In this document: positions 1-9,731 of the stretch, piece after piece
Position numbering within the stretch: position 1 is the first letter of the stretch
Layout of the letters: every line of letters starts with the position of its first letter
Assembly (NCBI GenBank): GCA_049587755.1
Contig: JBAVEN010000082.1
Location: 9,804 to 73,803 of the forward strand
From: Bryobacteraceae bacterium
Lineage (GTDB): Bacteria; Acidobacteriota; Terriglobia; Bryobacterales; Bryobacteraceae
Direction: 5' to 3'
Length of the DNA: 64,000 nucleotides
Position numbers and translations under genes: made by a program
Notes under the pieces: model-generated
Seen by the model: the letters and a program-made list of their open reading frames with translations, nothing else
Told to the model about the DNA's origin: nothing
Databases searched by the model: none

Positions 1-947
1 GAGCGAACAGCCTCGAGCACCAGGAAATCGCCCAGCGGTTTGGGAACACGCAAGCCGGCCGCCAGCGTGTGGGCACCTTCGAAAAAGCGGCTGCGCGTCT
101 CGTTTTCCAGGAAGGCGCGAACCACCGGCGCGCAGCCTTCCGCCTGCACCGCAATCATCTTCGGCCGTCGGCTGCCGATCCAGCCCAGCTTCTCCATTTC
201 GTCGAACGCCTTCCACATGCCGATCATGCCCACGCCGCCGCCGGTGGGGTAGAAGATGGCGTCGGGCGGTTCCCAATCCATCTGCTCGGCCACTTCGTAG
301 CCCATGGTTTTCTTGCCTTCGATGCGATACGGCTCCTTGAGCGTGCTGACGTCGAACCAGCCTTCCTGCGGGCCGCGTTCGGCCACCAGGCGGCCGCAAT
401 CGCTGATCAGGCCGTCCACCAGGGTGACGTTGGCGCCGTATGCTTTGCACTCCAGGTAATTCGCTTGCGGAACGTCGCTTGGCATGAAGATGTATGACTC
501 CAGGCCGGCCGCCGCTGCGTATGCCGCCAATGCGCTGGCCGCGTTGCCCGCCGAAGGAATCGCTACTTTGCGGATGCCCAGCTCCACGCACATCGAGATG
601 GCGCACGCAAGCCCGCGCGCCTTGAAAGACGCCGTGGGATTCAATCCCTCGTCTTTCACCCAGAGCGCTTCGGCGCCGAGCCGCGCGCCCAGCCGCGTGG
701 TGCGCACCAACGGCGTCCAGCCCTCGCCGAGGCTGATGATCGAAGCGTCCGAAGGCGGTAGCACCGGTGCGTATCGCCACATGCTGGAAGGTCCAGTGGC
801 CACTTCGCGCCGCCGCCAGCGGTGCCGTATGCTATCGAGATCGTACCGCACCAGCAGGGGGCCACCGCAGGAGCAAAGGTTCGCCGGCGCGCCCGCATCC
901 GACCTGGAGCCGCACAGGCTGCATTCCAAATGGGTTGCTCTCGCCAT
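1..947 (-). CDS. thrC: threonine synthase (PLP-dependent), N-terminal ~315 codons; the 3' end lies beyond the window edge
   Basis: Absent from the ORF track because it runs off the window. Reverse translation from ATG at 945-947 gives MARATHLECSLCGSRSDAGAPANLCSCGGPLLVRYDL (Zn-ribbon-like N-terminus), GLNPTASFKARG (PLP-lysine motif) and YPTGGGVGMIGMWKAF. The frame stays open to position 1. Confidence 0.75.
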   Translation of the reverse strand, partial: MARATHLECSLCGSRSDAGAPANLCSCGGPLLVRYDLDSIRHRWRRREVATGPSSMWRYAPVLPPSDASIISLGEGWTPLVRTTRLGARLGAEALWVKDEGLNPTASFKARGLACAISMCVELGIRKVAIPSAGNAASALAAYAAAAGLESYIFMPSDVPQANYLECKAYGANVTLVDGLISDCGRLVAERGPQEGWFDVSTLKEPYRIEGKKTMGYEVAEQMDWEPPDAIFYPTGGGVGMIGMWKAFDEMEKLGWIGSRRPKMIAVQAEGCAPVVRAFLENETRSRFFEGAHTLAAGLRVPKPLGDFLVLEAVR

Positions 948-1112
948 GAACCATCAAGTCTAGCATTCGGCGAAACCGGTGCCGCTGGCGCGAGCCTACG
1001 CTAAACATGCTGCCTGCTGCCCGCGATCACTGGCCCTTCCAGTACCGAATCTGGCGCCACGGCATTCCCTTCCGAGCGTCGCGTTTGTTATAAAGAGTGT
1101 TCTCAGACCTCG

Positions 1113-1352
1113 ATGCCCCACTTTAGCGGACACACACACCTCCATCGCCATTACCAGGATCAAGGCGCGCCCGGCAGGAGCGATGTTGGCCAGCAGACCA
1201 ACCCGGCGCCCAGCAGGACCGCGCCAGCTTCGCCCTCTCACGATGAGATCGCCACGCTCGCATATTCCTATTGGGAAGCCCGTGGCAGGCAGGGCGGCTC
1301 GCAGTGGGAGGATTGGTTTCGTGCCGAACGCGACTTGCGCCGCAAGGCGTGA
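1113..1352 (+). CDS. DUF2934-like small protein
   Basis: The C-terminal SHDEIATLAYSYWEARGRQGGSQWEDWFRAERDL matches the DUF2934 pattern as I recall it (IA..AY..WE.RG...G...DW..AE..L). The N-terminus is low-complexity and the start is uncertain. Confidence 0.5.
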   Translation: MPHFSGHTHLHRHYQDQGAPGRSDVGQQTNPAPSRTAPASPSHDEIATLAYSYWEARGRQGGSQWEDWFRAERDLRRKA

Positions 1353-1731
1353 GCCCGTTGCCCGCGAATACACTCGCGGCAGCTTGCGCTCGTGACAAGC
1401 CGGCCCGTGTAATGTCGACGCACCTCAGCGCGACGCGGTCTGGGTGGCCAACCGGTGCTGCCGCCGGAGCTTCCAACAGAACAGGCACTGCAGGGCGCCG
1501 AAGAGGAGCACTGAGAACGAGAGGTTTTGCAGTGGCGTCATCAGAACATTCTCGCGATCACTCTCATTTCACCAGAACTAGTGCTTAGTGACTAGGCCTT
1601 TCAGTACCTTCCAAAGTACCCTATAACCGATAACCGGCAAACACCCGAGACAGGATAACACCCAGGGTTAACATCGTCACTGAAAAGGCGGCTCGCCTGT
1701 CTGGATCCAACGTCATACAATTGAAACCAGG

Positions 1732-2361
1732 ATGCACGGAGGCACACGGCGCAAACTCGCCATTTTGGAGCCGATAGTAGTTTTCGGCCTGATCCTGGCC
1801 TATATCTGGAGTCTGCGCTACCACTACCCGGCCGTTTGGGCGCCGATTCTGGCGCTGCCGCTGGTCTCCCACTGGTGCCGCGGCGAGGGAGCGGCGGCGA
1901 TTGGTTTCCGCGTGCAGAACCTGGCTGAGTGCCTGCGGCGTTTTGCTCCCGCGCTGGCATTCGTGGCACTCACCCTGCTGGCGGTGGGGCTGCTTCTGGA
2001 CACGTTACGCCCCATCGCGCTCGACCGCGTGGCAATCACCTGGGCGATCTACCTCCCGTGGGGGCTCCTCCAGCAGTACCTGGTGAACGGCTATTGCCTG
2101 ACGCGCCTGCAGGTCGTGCTGCCGGATCGGGGTGCGGCCCTGGCCGCTGCGGCGCTTTTTTCCGCCGCACACACGCCGAACTGGTTTTTGATGCCGGTGA
2201 CACTCGTGGCAGGCTACGTCGCCGCGCGCCTGTATAGCAGCTACCGCAACCTTTACTTCCTCGGCCTGGCGCACGGCACGCTGGGTGTGCTGCTGTTTTT
2301 GGTGGTACCGGACTCCATTAGCCACCACTTGGTGGTCGGGCCCGGGTGGTTTGCGCATTAG
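1732..2361 (+). CDS. CPBP (CAAX protease/Abi)-like polytopic membrane protein, probably catalytically degenerate
   Basis: Hydrophobic 209-aa ORF. LFSAAH fits FxxxH and GLAHGTLG fits an HxxxN-like motif, but the expected EExxFRG position reads LLQQYLVNGY. Confidence 0.5.
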   Translation: MHGGTRRKLAILEPIVVFGLILAYIWSLRYHYPAVWAPILALPLVSHWCRGEGAAAIGFRVQNLAECLRRFAPALAFVALTLLAVGLLLDTLRPIALDRVAITWAIYLPWGLLQQYLVNGYCLTRLQVVLPDRGAALAAAALFSAAHTPNWFLMPVTLVAGYVAARLYSSYRNLYFLGLAHGTLGVLLFLVVPDSISHHLVVGPGWFAH

Positions 2362-2516
2362 GCGCCAGGGACGGGATCTTTCGTCCCACCGCGACACAAG
2401 CTGTCCCACAAGCGGACAGTCGGCATTCCAGCCTAACGAAGTATCGCCTTTGAACGTCATATGTTAGCCTATGCGCGAAGTGGCAGAAGCCGTGCCTTTT
2501 CCCCTTGGGAACGGTA

Positions 2517-3803
2517 ATGGACATACAACGCAAGAACGTGGGTCGGAAGAAGGCCATCCGCTGGACCATCATCGGAGTTGTGGTCCTGGCGGTAGTGGGT
2601 GGCGCCGGCTACGGAGTCACTCGCCTGAAGCCCGCGGCGCCCGGCGTGGACATGTCGGCGTTGTGGCCGGACACGGTGAAGCGCGGCCCCATGGTGCGGG
2701 AAGTGCGCGGCCTGGGCACACTGGTGCCGGAAGACACGATGCTGATCACGGCTAACACGGATGCCCGCATCGAGCGCATTCTCATCAAGCCCGGCACGCC
2801 CGTCAAGGCCGATTCCTTGGTGATGGTGATGACCAGCCCCGAATTGGAAACGGCGCTGCTCGACGCGCAATACCAGCTCAAGGCGGCACAGGCCGATTAC
2901 GAAAACCTCAAGGTCACGCTCGAAAAGGCTCTGCTCGACATGCAGTCGCAGGCGGCGCAGACCAAGGGCGATATGGACAACGCCAAGTTGCAGGCCGACC
3001 GCGACCAGACGCTGGCCAAGGACGGCTTGGTTTCGGAAATCGACGCCAAGATCTCCGCCACCAAAGCCCAACAGCTTGCCGAGCAATACCAGCTCGAGTT
3101 GCAGCGCCTGAAGATAAACTCCAAAGCGGACGAAGCGCAGCTTGCGGCCGCCAAGGTGAAAGTGGATCAGTTCCAGGCTGAGTACGATCTGAAAAAAAGC
3201 CAGGTGAACCAGTTGAATGTGCGCGCCGGTTTTGACGGCATGCTGGAAGCCCTGCCAGCCCCGCTCACCGAGGTCGAGGAAGGCCAGAAGGTGCTGGCTG
3301 GCACGCCGCTGGGCAAAGTGGCGCAGCCCTCGCATCTAAAGGCGGAACTGAAAATTGCCGAAACGCAGGTCAAGGACATCACCATCGGGCTGCCGGCGGT
3401 GATCGATACCCGCCTTGCCGGGGGAAACTGGAATGGGCTGATCGACGGGAAGGTTTCCCGCATCGATCCCTCCGTCCTCAACGGCACGGTCACGGTCGAC
3501 GTAGCGTTGAAAGGGCCCATCCCCTCGGTGCTTCGTCCCGATTTGAGCGTGGACGGCACCATTCAGCTTGAGAAGCTGGACGATGTGCTGTTCGTGGGGC
3601 GGCCCGTGTTCGGCCAGGAGAACAGCACCGTGCAGTTGTTCAAGATCGAGCCGGACGGCAAGTACGCCAACAAGGTGAAGGTCGCCTTCGGACGCAGCTC
3701 GGTCAACACCATCGAAATCAAGAACGGACTGAACGTCGGCGATCGTGTGATTCTCTCCGACATGTCGAATTACGATCAATACGACAGGATTAAGCTGAAC
3801 TAG
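2517..3803 (+). CDS. HlyD/MacA-type periplasmic adaptor (membrane fusion protein)
   Basis: N-terminal TM helix WTIIGVVVLAVVGGAG, a long coiled-coil (LETALLDAQYQLKAAQADYENLK...) and a beta-barrel tail. The first in-frame ATG is at 2517; the track ORF starts at TTG 2505. Confidence 0.85.
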   Translation: MDIQRKNVGRKKAIRWTIIGVVVLAVVGGAGYGVTRLKPAAPGVDMSALWPDTVKRGPMVREVRGLGTLVPEDTMLITANTDARIERILIKPGTPVKADSLVMVMTSPELETALLDAQYQLKAAQADYENLKVTLEKALLDMQSQAAQTKGDMDNAKLQADRDQTLAKDGLVSEIDAKISATKAQQLAEQYQLELQRLKINSKADEAQLAAAKVKVDQFQAEYDLKKSQVNQLNVRAGFDGMLEALPAPLTEVEEGQKVLAGTPLGKVAQPSHLKAELKIAETQVKDITIGLPAVIDTRLAGGNWNGLIDGKVSRIDPSVLNGTVTVDVALKGPIPSVLRPDLSVDGTIQLEKLDDVLFVGRPVFGQENSTVQLFKIEPDGKYANKVKVAFGRSSVNTIEIKNGLNVGDRVILSDMSNYDQYDRIKLN

Positions 3804-3838
3804 TTCTTCGCCAATATCGTCTTTGAGGTAGAGGAAAA

Positions 3839-4549
<711 letters not shown>

Positions 4550-4590
4550 CGCCCGCTGCGCCGCCCGGCGCGGTTTGGTAACCTCACCTC

Positions 4591-7017
4591 ATGCACCCGC
4601 TGGTTCAGGATCTGCGGCATGGGGTGCGCCTGTGGTGGAAGGCGCGCGGCTTGGCTGCGCTGGCACTGGTGGCTCTGGCGCTCGGAATTGGCGCCACCAC
4701 GGCTATTTTTAGCGTGGTGAACGCGGTGCTGCTCCAGCCACTGCCCTTTCGCGACGACGGCCGGTTGCTGGCGATCTTTGAGAAGAACGTTCCCCAACGG
4801 AAGAGCGATTTGTACGTGGCGGGCATCAATTTCGACGAATGGCGCCGCCGCTGCCACACCGTGGCGGCGATGGCCGCCATTTCCGACGTGCATGCCACTT
4901 TGACCGGCGGCCCGAACGGCCACATGGACGCCGAGGAATTGAAGGCAGAGCGCGTGTCGGCCAGCCTGTTCCCCATGTTGGGCGTGCAAGCAGTGCTGGG
5001 CCGGACTTTTCTACCCTCCGAGGACAAACCGGCGCCCACCAATGTAGCCCTGATCGGCTATCAACTATGGCAACGCCGCTTCGGCGCCGATCCCTCCATC
5101 CCCGGTAAATCGATCCGCCTGCGCGGCCAGAGCTATACCGTAGTCGGCGTGCTGCCTCCCGGTTTTTCCGTTCTCGAACCGGGCGTGGACGTATGGGTGC
5201 CTCTGAACCTGGACGTGAACGATCCGCGCCAGGCTGCCGGCTCTTTCCTCACGGTGATCGCGCGGCTCAAGCCGGGCGTGACCTACCAGCAAGTGGTGGC
5301 CGAATTCGCCAGCCTGGGCGACAGTCTGGAGCGCGCCTATCCGGCGATCGATAGCGGGTTCCGCGCCGACGTCCGGCCGCTGGTCGAGCAGATTGTGGGC
5401 AAGACCCGCCAGTCGCTCCTGGTGCTGCTGGCGGCGGTGGGCCTGCTGCTGGCGATTGCATGCGCCAACGTAGCCAATCTCCTGCTGGCGCGCGGCGCCA
5501 CGCGGCGCAAGGAAATCGCCGTCCGCGCCGCGCTAGGCGCCAGCCGCCTCCGCATCACCTTGCAGTTGCTGTCGGAAAGTGTGCTGCTGGCGCTGGCCGG
5601 CGGAGCGCTGGGAGTGGTACTGGCCGCCGGCGCTGTCAGCCTGGTTGTCCGGCTAGGCCCCGCCAACATACCGCGCCTGACGCAAATCCACGCGGACTGG
5701 CGGCTGCTGCTTTTCGCCGTCGTCCTCTCTTGCCTCACTGGCATCGTGTTCGGCATGGCGCCCGCCCTGCAGGTGACGTCCGGCAATTTGAACCAAGCGC
5801 TGGTGGAGGGTGGACGAGGCGGCACGGTGGGTCGCTCCAGCCGCATGCTGCGAAGCGGTCTGGTGGTGCTCGAGATCGCCTTGGCCCTGGTGGTGCTGAT
5901 CGGCGCCGGTCTGCTGGCGCGGAGCTTCAACCGGCTGCGCTCGGTTAGCCCGGGCTTCGATCCCTCCAACTTGCTAACCATGCGGCTGCCGCTTTCCGGC
6001 GGCAGAAACGCCGCTCCGGCGCGCCGCGTGGCCTTCTTGCACGCCATCGTGCCACGGCTGGCCGCGCTTCCCGGCGTGCGCGGGGTGGGCGCCTGCAACG
6101 GGCTGCCGCTGACCGGCCTTGGCCTGGGGGTGGTCTTCGCCGTCGCCGACCGTCCGGCGCCGCCGCCCGACCAACGCCCGATCGCGCTGGCTCGCTCCGT
6201 TTCCACAGACTATTTCCGCGTGATGGGCATCCCATTGGTAGCCGGCCGTGGATTTACCGACGCCGACATCAGCCAGTCGCCCGCGGTGGCCGTGATTAAC
6301 CAGATGCTGGCGCGCCGTTTTTGGCCGGGCGCGGATCCGCTGGGCGCGCGTCTGACCCTGGATTCGGGTCCGCCGCGGGTGGCCGAAGTGGTGGGCGTGG
6401 TAGCCGGCGTGAAACCGGAGGTTGTGCAGGGCGAAGACTGGCCGACCATCTATAGCCCATACGATCAGGCGCCCACTGCAGCCACCAACATCGTGATCAG
6501 GACCGACGACGACCCGCTGCCGCTGGCGGTGAGCGTGCAAAACGAGGTGCGGCAGTTGGATCCTGATCAGCCGGTCGCGGACTTACAGACGGGCGACGCG
6601 ATTGTAACCAAAGCCGTGGCTGGCGCGCGCTTCAGCACGCTGCTGCTGGGCCTGTTCGGCTCCATTGCGTTCGTGCTAGCGGCGGTCGGCATCTATGGCG
6701 TGGTTTCGTACGACGCCGGCGAGCGCGTGCAGGAATTGGGAATTCGGATGGCGCTGGGCGCGCAGAAAAGCGACGTGCTGAGCCTGATTCTGGGACACGC
6801 CGCGCGCCTGGCGGCCCTGGGGATCGCTCTGGGACTGGCCGGTGCTTTGCTTCTGACGCGGCTGATGGCCTCCATGCTGTTTGGCGTCCGGCCGCGCGAT
6901 TTTGGCACGTACGCGGCGGCCGCGTCAGGTCTGGCCGTGGTGGCGCTGGCCGCCAGCTACCTGCCGGCGCGGCGCGCCATGGGCCTCGATCCAGTCAGGG
7001 CGCTGCGCCATGAATAG
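4591..7017 (+). CDS. duplicated FtsX/MacB-type ABC permease (ADOP family-like)
   Basis: 808 aa. The N-terminus LRHGVRLWWKARGLAALALVALALGIGATTAIFSVVNAVLLQPLPF is typical of MacB-like permeases. Two FtsX-type TM bundles each follow a large periplasmic domain. Confidence 0.9.
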   Translation: MHPLVQDLRHGVRLWWKARGLAALALVALALGIGATTAIFSVVNAVLLQPLPFRDDGRLLAIFEKNVPQRKSDLYVAGINFDEWRRRCHTVAAMAAISDVHATLTGGPNGHMDAEELKAERVSASLFPMLGVQAVLGRTFLPSEDKPAPTNVALIGYQLWQRRFGADPSIPGKSIRLRGQSYTVVGVLPPGFSVLEPGVDVWVPLNLDVNDPRQAAGSFLTVIARLKPGVTYQQVVAEFASLGDSLERAYPAIDSGFRADVRPLVEQIVGKTRQSLLVLLAAVGLLLAIACANVANLLLARGATRRKEIAVRAALGASRLRITLQLLSESVLLALAGGALGVVLAAGAVSLVVRLGPANIPRLTQIHADWRLLLFAVVLSCLTGIVFGMAPALQVTSGNLNQALVEGGRGGTVGRSSRMLRSGLVVLEIALALVVLIGAGLLARSFNRLRSVSPGFDPSNLLTMRLPLSGGRNAAPARRVAFLHAIVPRLAALPGVRGVGACNGLPLTGLGLGVVFAVADRPAPPPDQRPIALARSVSTDYFRVMGIPLVAGRGFTDADISQSPAVAVINQMLARRFWPGADPLGARLTLDSGPPRVAEVVGVVAGVKPEVVQGEDWPTIYSPYDQAPTAATNIVIRTDDDPLPLAVSVQNEVRQLDPDQPVADLQTGDAIVTKAVAGARFSTLLLGLFGSIAFVLAAVGIYGVVSYDAGERVQELGIRMALGAQKSDVLSLILGHAARLAALGIALGLAGALLLTRLMASMLFGVRPRDFGTYAAAASGLAVVALAASYLPARRAMGLDPVRALRHE

Positions 7018-7023
7018 GACATC

Positions 7024-7683
7024 ATGATTACTCTTCGCAACGTGGAAAAGTTTTATGAAGGCGGATACGGGCGCACCTACGTCCTCCGCCGCATCAATAT
7101 GGAGATCCGCGAGGGTGAGTTCGTCACCATCATGGGCCCCTCCGGCGCCGGCAAGTCGACGCTGCTCAGCATCCTCGGCATGCTCGACGCGGCGTGGACC
7201 GGCGAGTTCGAATTCGTCGATCATCAGGTTCACCGGATGAAGCCCAAAGACCGCGTGGAGCTCAATAAGAAGTACATCGGCTTCGTCTTTCAGAGCTACC
7301 ACCTGATCGACAACCTGACGGTGTATGAGAACCTGGACATTCCGCTCTCTTACCGCAACGTGAAAAGCTCCGAGCGGGCGGCCATTGTCTGCGATTCCCT
7401 CGACCGCTTTCACATCGTGGGCAAGCGCGATCTGTACCCGAGCCAGCTTTCCGGCGGCCAGCAGCAACTGGTGGCCGTGGCGCGCGCCGTGATCGCCAGT
7501 CCCAAGCTGATCCTCGCCGACGAGCCCACTGGCAACCTTCACTCCAGCCAGGGCAAGGAAATCATGGAGCTGTTCAAGAAGCTGAACGAGGAAGGAACGA
7601 CCATCGTGCAGGTGACGCACTCGGAAGCCAACGCCGCTTACAGCCACCGCGTCATCAACCTGGCCGATGGCTGGATTGTGTAG
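7024..7683 (+). CDS. second ABC transporter ATP-binding protein
   Basis: Walker [39 protein letters not shown]. It starts 7 nt after the permease stop. Confidence 0.9.
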   Translation: MITLRNVEKFYEGGYGRTYVLRRINMEIREGEFVTIMGPSGAGKSTLLSILGMLDAAWTGEFEFVDHQVHRMKPKDRVELNKKYIGFVFQSYHLIDNLTVYENLDIPLSYRNVKSSERAAIVCDSLDRFHIVGKRDLYPSQLSGGQQQLVAVARAVIASPKLILADEPTGNLHSSQGKEIMELFKKLNEEGTTIVQVTHSEANAAYSHRVINLADGWIV

Positions 7684-7776
7684 GCGCGCGTTAAGAGAGG
7701 ATCGCCACGGGCTGGAGTTTCCATGTTCCGGATGCGCGGGGATATATTTCCGAGTGCGTAGGGATATGATTGGTGT

Positions 7777-7984
7777 TGTATCAGGGCACGGCTTCAGCCG
7801 TGCCGCAGAGGCACCGTAAGGAGCCGGGCTTTAGCCCCTGGCAAGGGCCAAGCCTACGCGCAAGGCCCGCCCGGACAAAATGGTGAATTGGGCGCGTACG
7901 TTTCCTGGCAAGGAAAAAACAGCAGGGGCTAAAGCCTCATGATGACTGCATACTGCGGCACGGCTGAAGCCGTGCCCTGATACA
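7777..7984. mobile_element. 208-bp MITE-like element with nested inverted repeats
   Basis: Perfect 32-bp terminal inverted repeats: TGTATCAGGGCACGGCTTCAGCCGTGCCGCAG at 7777-7808 and its reverse complement at 7953-7984. Each arm contains its own GGCACGGC/GCCGTGCC hairpin. A subterminal 15-bp inverted repeat GGGCTTTAGCCCCTG (7826-7840) pairs with CAGGGGCTAAAGCC (7922-7935). No coding capacity. Confidence 0.6.
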
Positions 7985-8138
7985 AACATCGGCATTCGGT
8001 TGGCAAGGCGAGGGGATTCCAGGACGCTCAAATGCACAAACCCCAGAGCGCGGCGATGGCCGATCGCGGCGCGAGCCCATTCACGGAGCACTCTCTGGGT
8101 CGCACCAGGGTTGTCAATCCGGCCCGCAAGCGCATCCC

Positions 8139-8810
8139 ATGACCGCCGCCCAGCTCTTCGCCGCGATCTCCCGGCACTTCCGCCGCCGGCGGATGGCGCG
8201 GTTCGTCGCCGAGCTGGGCGTCAGCTCCGAGACGCGCGTGCTCGATATCGGCGGCACGCCGGATAACTGGCGGCTCCTGAACTCGCCGCCGCGGCTGGTG
8301 CTGCTGAATACGCCGCGCGCTGCCGCGGACCTGGCAGGCGCCTCGGCCTGGGTGGCGGGCGATGGCTGCGCGCTGCCCTTCCGCGATGCGGCGTTCGACG
8401 TGGTTTTCAGTAACTCGGTCATCGAACACGTCGGCGACGCCGCCAGCCAGCGGCATTTCGCGCGCGAGGTGGTGCGCGTCGGCCGCGCCTACTGGGTGGA
8501 AACGCCCAACCGCTGGTTTCCGGTGGAGCAGCACCTGTTCACCCCGTTCCTCCATTGGCTGCCGCAGCGGTGGCAGCGCGCCCTGGTGCCACGTTTCAAC
8601 TGGTGGCGCGTGCTGGTTCCGCTTTCGGTAGACCGGCGTGACTTCTACATCGATCACTACCTGCGCGACGTCAGCCTGCTCGGGCCGCGGGAACTGCGCG
8701 CGCTCTTTCCCGAAGCGCGCATTCTGCGCGAGCGCGTGCTGGGAGTAGCCAAATCGTTGGTTGCTCTGCGGCGGGCCGGGCAATGCCCGGCCCCTACGAA
8801 TCCGCTGTAG
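8139..8810 (+). CDS. class I SAM-dependent methyltransferase
   Basis: VLDIGGTPDNW (motif I-like) and ALPFRDAAFDVVFSNSVIEHV (Methyltransf_11-like). The last codons and the TAG stop lie inside REP palindromes. Confidence 0.8.
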   Translation: MTAAQLFAAISRHFRRRRMARFVAELGVSSETRVLDIGGTPDNWRLLNSPPRLVLLNTPRAAADLAGASAWVAGDGCALPFRDAAFDVVFSNSVIEHVGDAASQRHFAREVVRVGRAYWVETPNRWFPVEQHLFTPFLHWLPQRWQRALVPRFNWWRVLVPLSVDRRDFYIDHYLRDVSLLGPRELRALFPEARILRERVLGVAKSLVALRRAGQCPAPTNPL

Positions 8811-8830
8811 GGGCGAGGCATGCCTCGCCC
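8773..8830. repeat. head-to-head pair of REP-like GC-rich palindromes
   Basis: GGGCCGGGCAATGCCCGGCCCCTAC (8773-8797, reverse orientation, 1-nt insertion), then TGTAGGGGCGAGGCATGCCTCGCCC (8806-8830), which contains a perfect 20-nt palindrome at 8811-8830. Confidence 0.8.
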
Positions 8831-8916
8831 GCGGGCCGCGCGAAAGGCTGCCATGGCGATTTCGGATGGCCCGCGTAGCTGGCTCTTTTGAAGCGCTACC
8901 GCCGCTGGTTTAGCCG

Positions 8917-9726
8917 TTGCCCCGTGCTATCGTGATAGCAGTGTCATCGCCGTTGGATATCCACCTGGAGCATTACGAGGGGCCGCTCGATTTGCTGCTG
9001 GACCTGATTCGCAAGCAGCAGATCGATATCAAGGATATCCCCATCGCCACCATCACTGCGCAGTATCTGGAGTACATGGACAAGGCGCGCGAGATGGACA
9101 TCGACTTGGGGGCGGAGTTCGTCTACATGGCGGCCACGCTGATCCACATCAAGTCGAGAATGCTGTTGCCGCGAGATCCGGCGCTGGGCGGGGACGCCGA
9201 GCAGGCAGAGGATCCGAGGCAGGAACTGGTGGAACGGCTGCTCGAGCACGAGCGCTTCAAAAACGCCGCCGAAATGTTGCAGCAGAAACGGATGATCGAA
9301 GAGAACGTCTGGTCGAATCCGCAAATCAAAGCCTTTGCCGGCGACGAGGACCCTGGCCTGGCGGTCACCCTGTTCGATCTGGTGAAGGCGTTCGGCGAAG
9401 TGCTGGACCGCGCTAAGCTCCGCCCGGTGTACGAGGTGGAAACGGCCGACGTTACGGTGCCGGAGATGATTCGCAACCTGCGCGACCGGTTTCTGGCGAT
9501 GGCGCCGGACCAGCCGATCTTCATTTTGCGCATCTTCGAGGAGCAGCGCTCGAGGCGTGCCATGATCGCGCTGTTTCTGGCCGTGCTCGAAATGGTGCGG
9601 ATGCAGGCGGTGGAAGTGACGCAGAAGCATTTGTTCGGCGAAATCGCGCTGCGGCGGCACCGGGACTTCGATGCTGTGTTCGCCAGCGAGCAGCCCATCA
9701 CCACGATGGAAACAGACTACCTTTAA
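8917..9726 (+). CDS. scpA: segregation and condensation protein A
   Basis: LEHYEGPLDLLLDLIRKQQIDIKDIPIATITAQYLEYM is the ScpA N-terminal signature. The start is uncertain (TTG 8917, or GTG 8932/8941). Confidence 0.85.
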   Translation: MPRAIVIAVSSPLDIHLEHYEGPLDLLLDLIRKQQIDIKDIPIATITAQYLEYMDKAREMDIDLGAEFVYMAATLIHIKSRMLLPRDPALGGDAEQAEDPRQELVERLLEHERFKNAAEMLQQKRMIEENVWSNPQIKAFAGDEDPGLAVTLFDLVKAFGEVLDRAKLRPVYEVETADVTVPEMIRNLRDRFLAMAPDQPIFILRIFEEQRSRRAMIALFLAVLEMVRMQAVEVTQKHLFGEIALRRHRDFDAVFASEQPITTMETDYL

Positions 9727-9731
9727 CCGGA

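Noticed and set aside
1425-1541. 38-aa hydrophobic ORF on the minus strand (MTPLQNLSFSVLLFGALQCLFCWKLRRQHRLATQTASR)
   Set aside because: No SD or promoter-like sequence, no coupling to neighbouring genes, and it is easily produced by chance in this composition.
2481-2495. Sigma54-like TGGCAG-N5-GTGC upstream of the HlyD adaptor gene, and CGGCAA-N..-GTGCT near 56420-56437
   Set aside because: The first matches only the GG/GC core, and several such matches are expected by chance in 128 kb of two-strand sequence. It would also leave a ~10-nt leader without an SD. The second has GG-N11-GC spacing, one nt too long.
2469-3335. Long antisense ORFs opposite well-supported genes, for example 2469-3335(-), 5337-6206(-), 6925-7647(-), 8028-8783(-), 8944-9789(-), 10337-11236(-), 17210-18544(-), 40159-41541(+), 44138-45064(-), 47474-48409(+), 52166-53935(-), 54001-54843(-), 60497-61267(+) and 61384-62931(+)
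   Set aside because: Their products are Arg/Gly/Ala/His-rich low-complexity sequences with no motifs. Each lies opposite an ORF with clear family signatures. This is the usual stop-codon-poor antisense frame of high-GC DNA.
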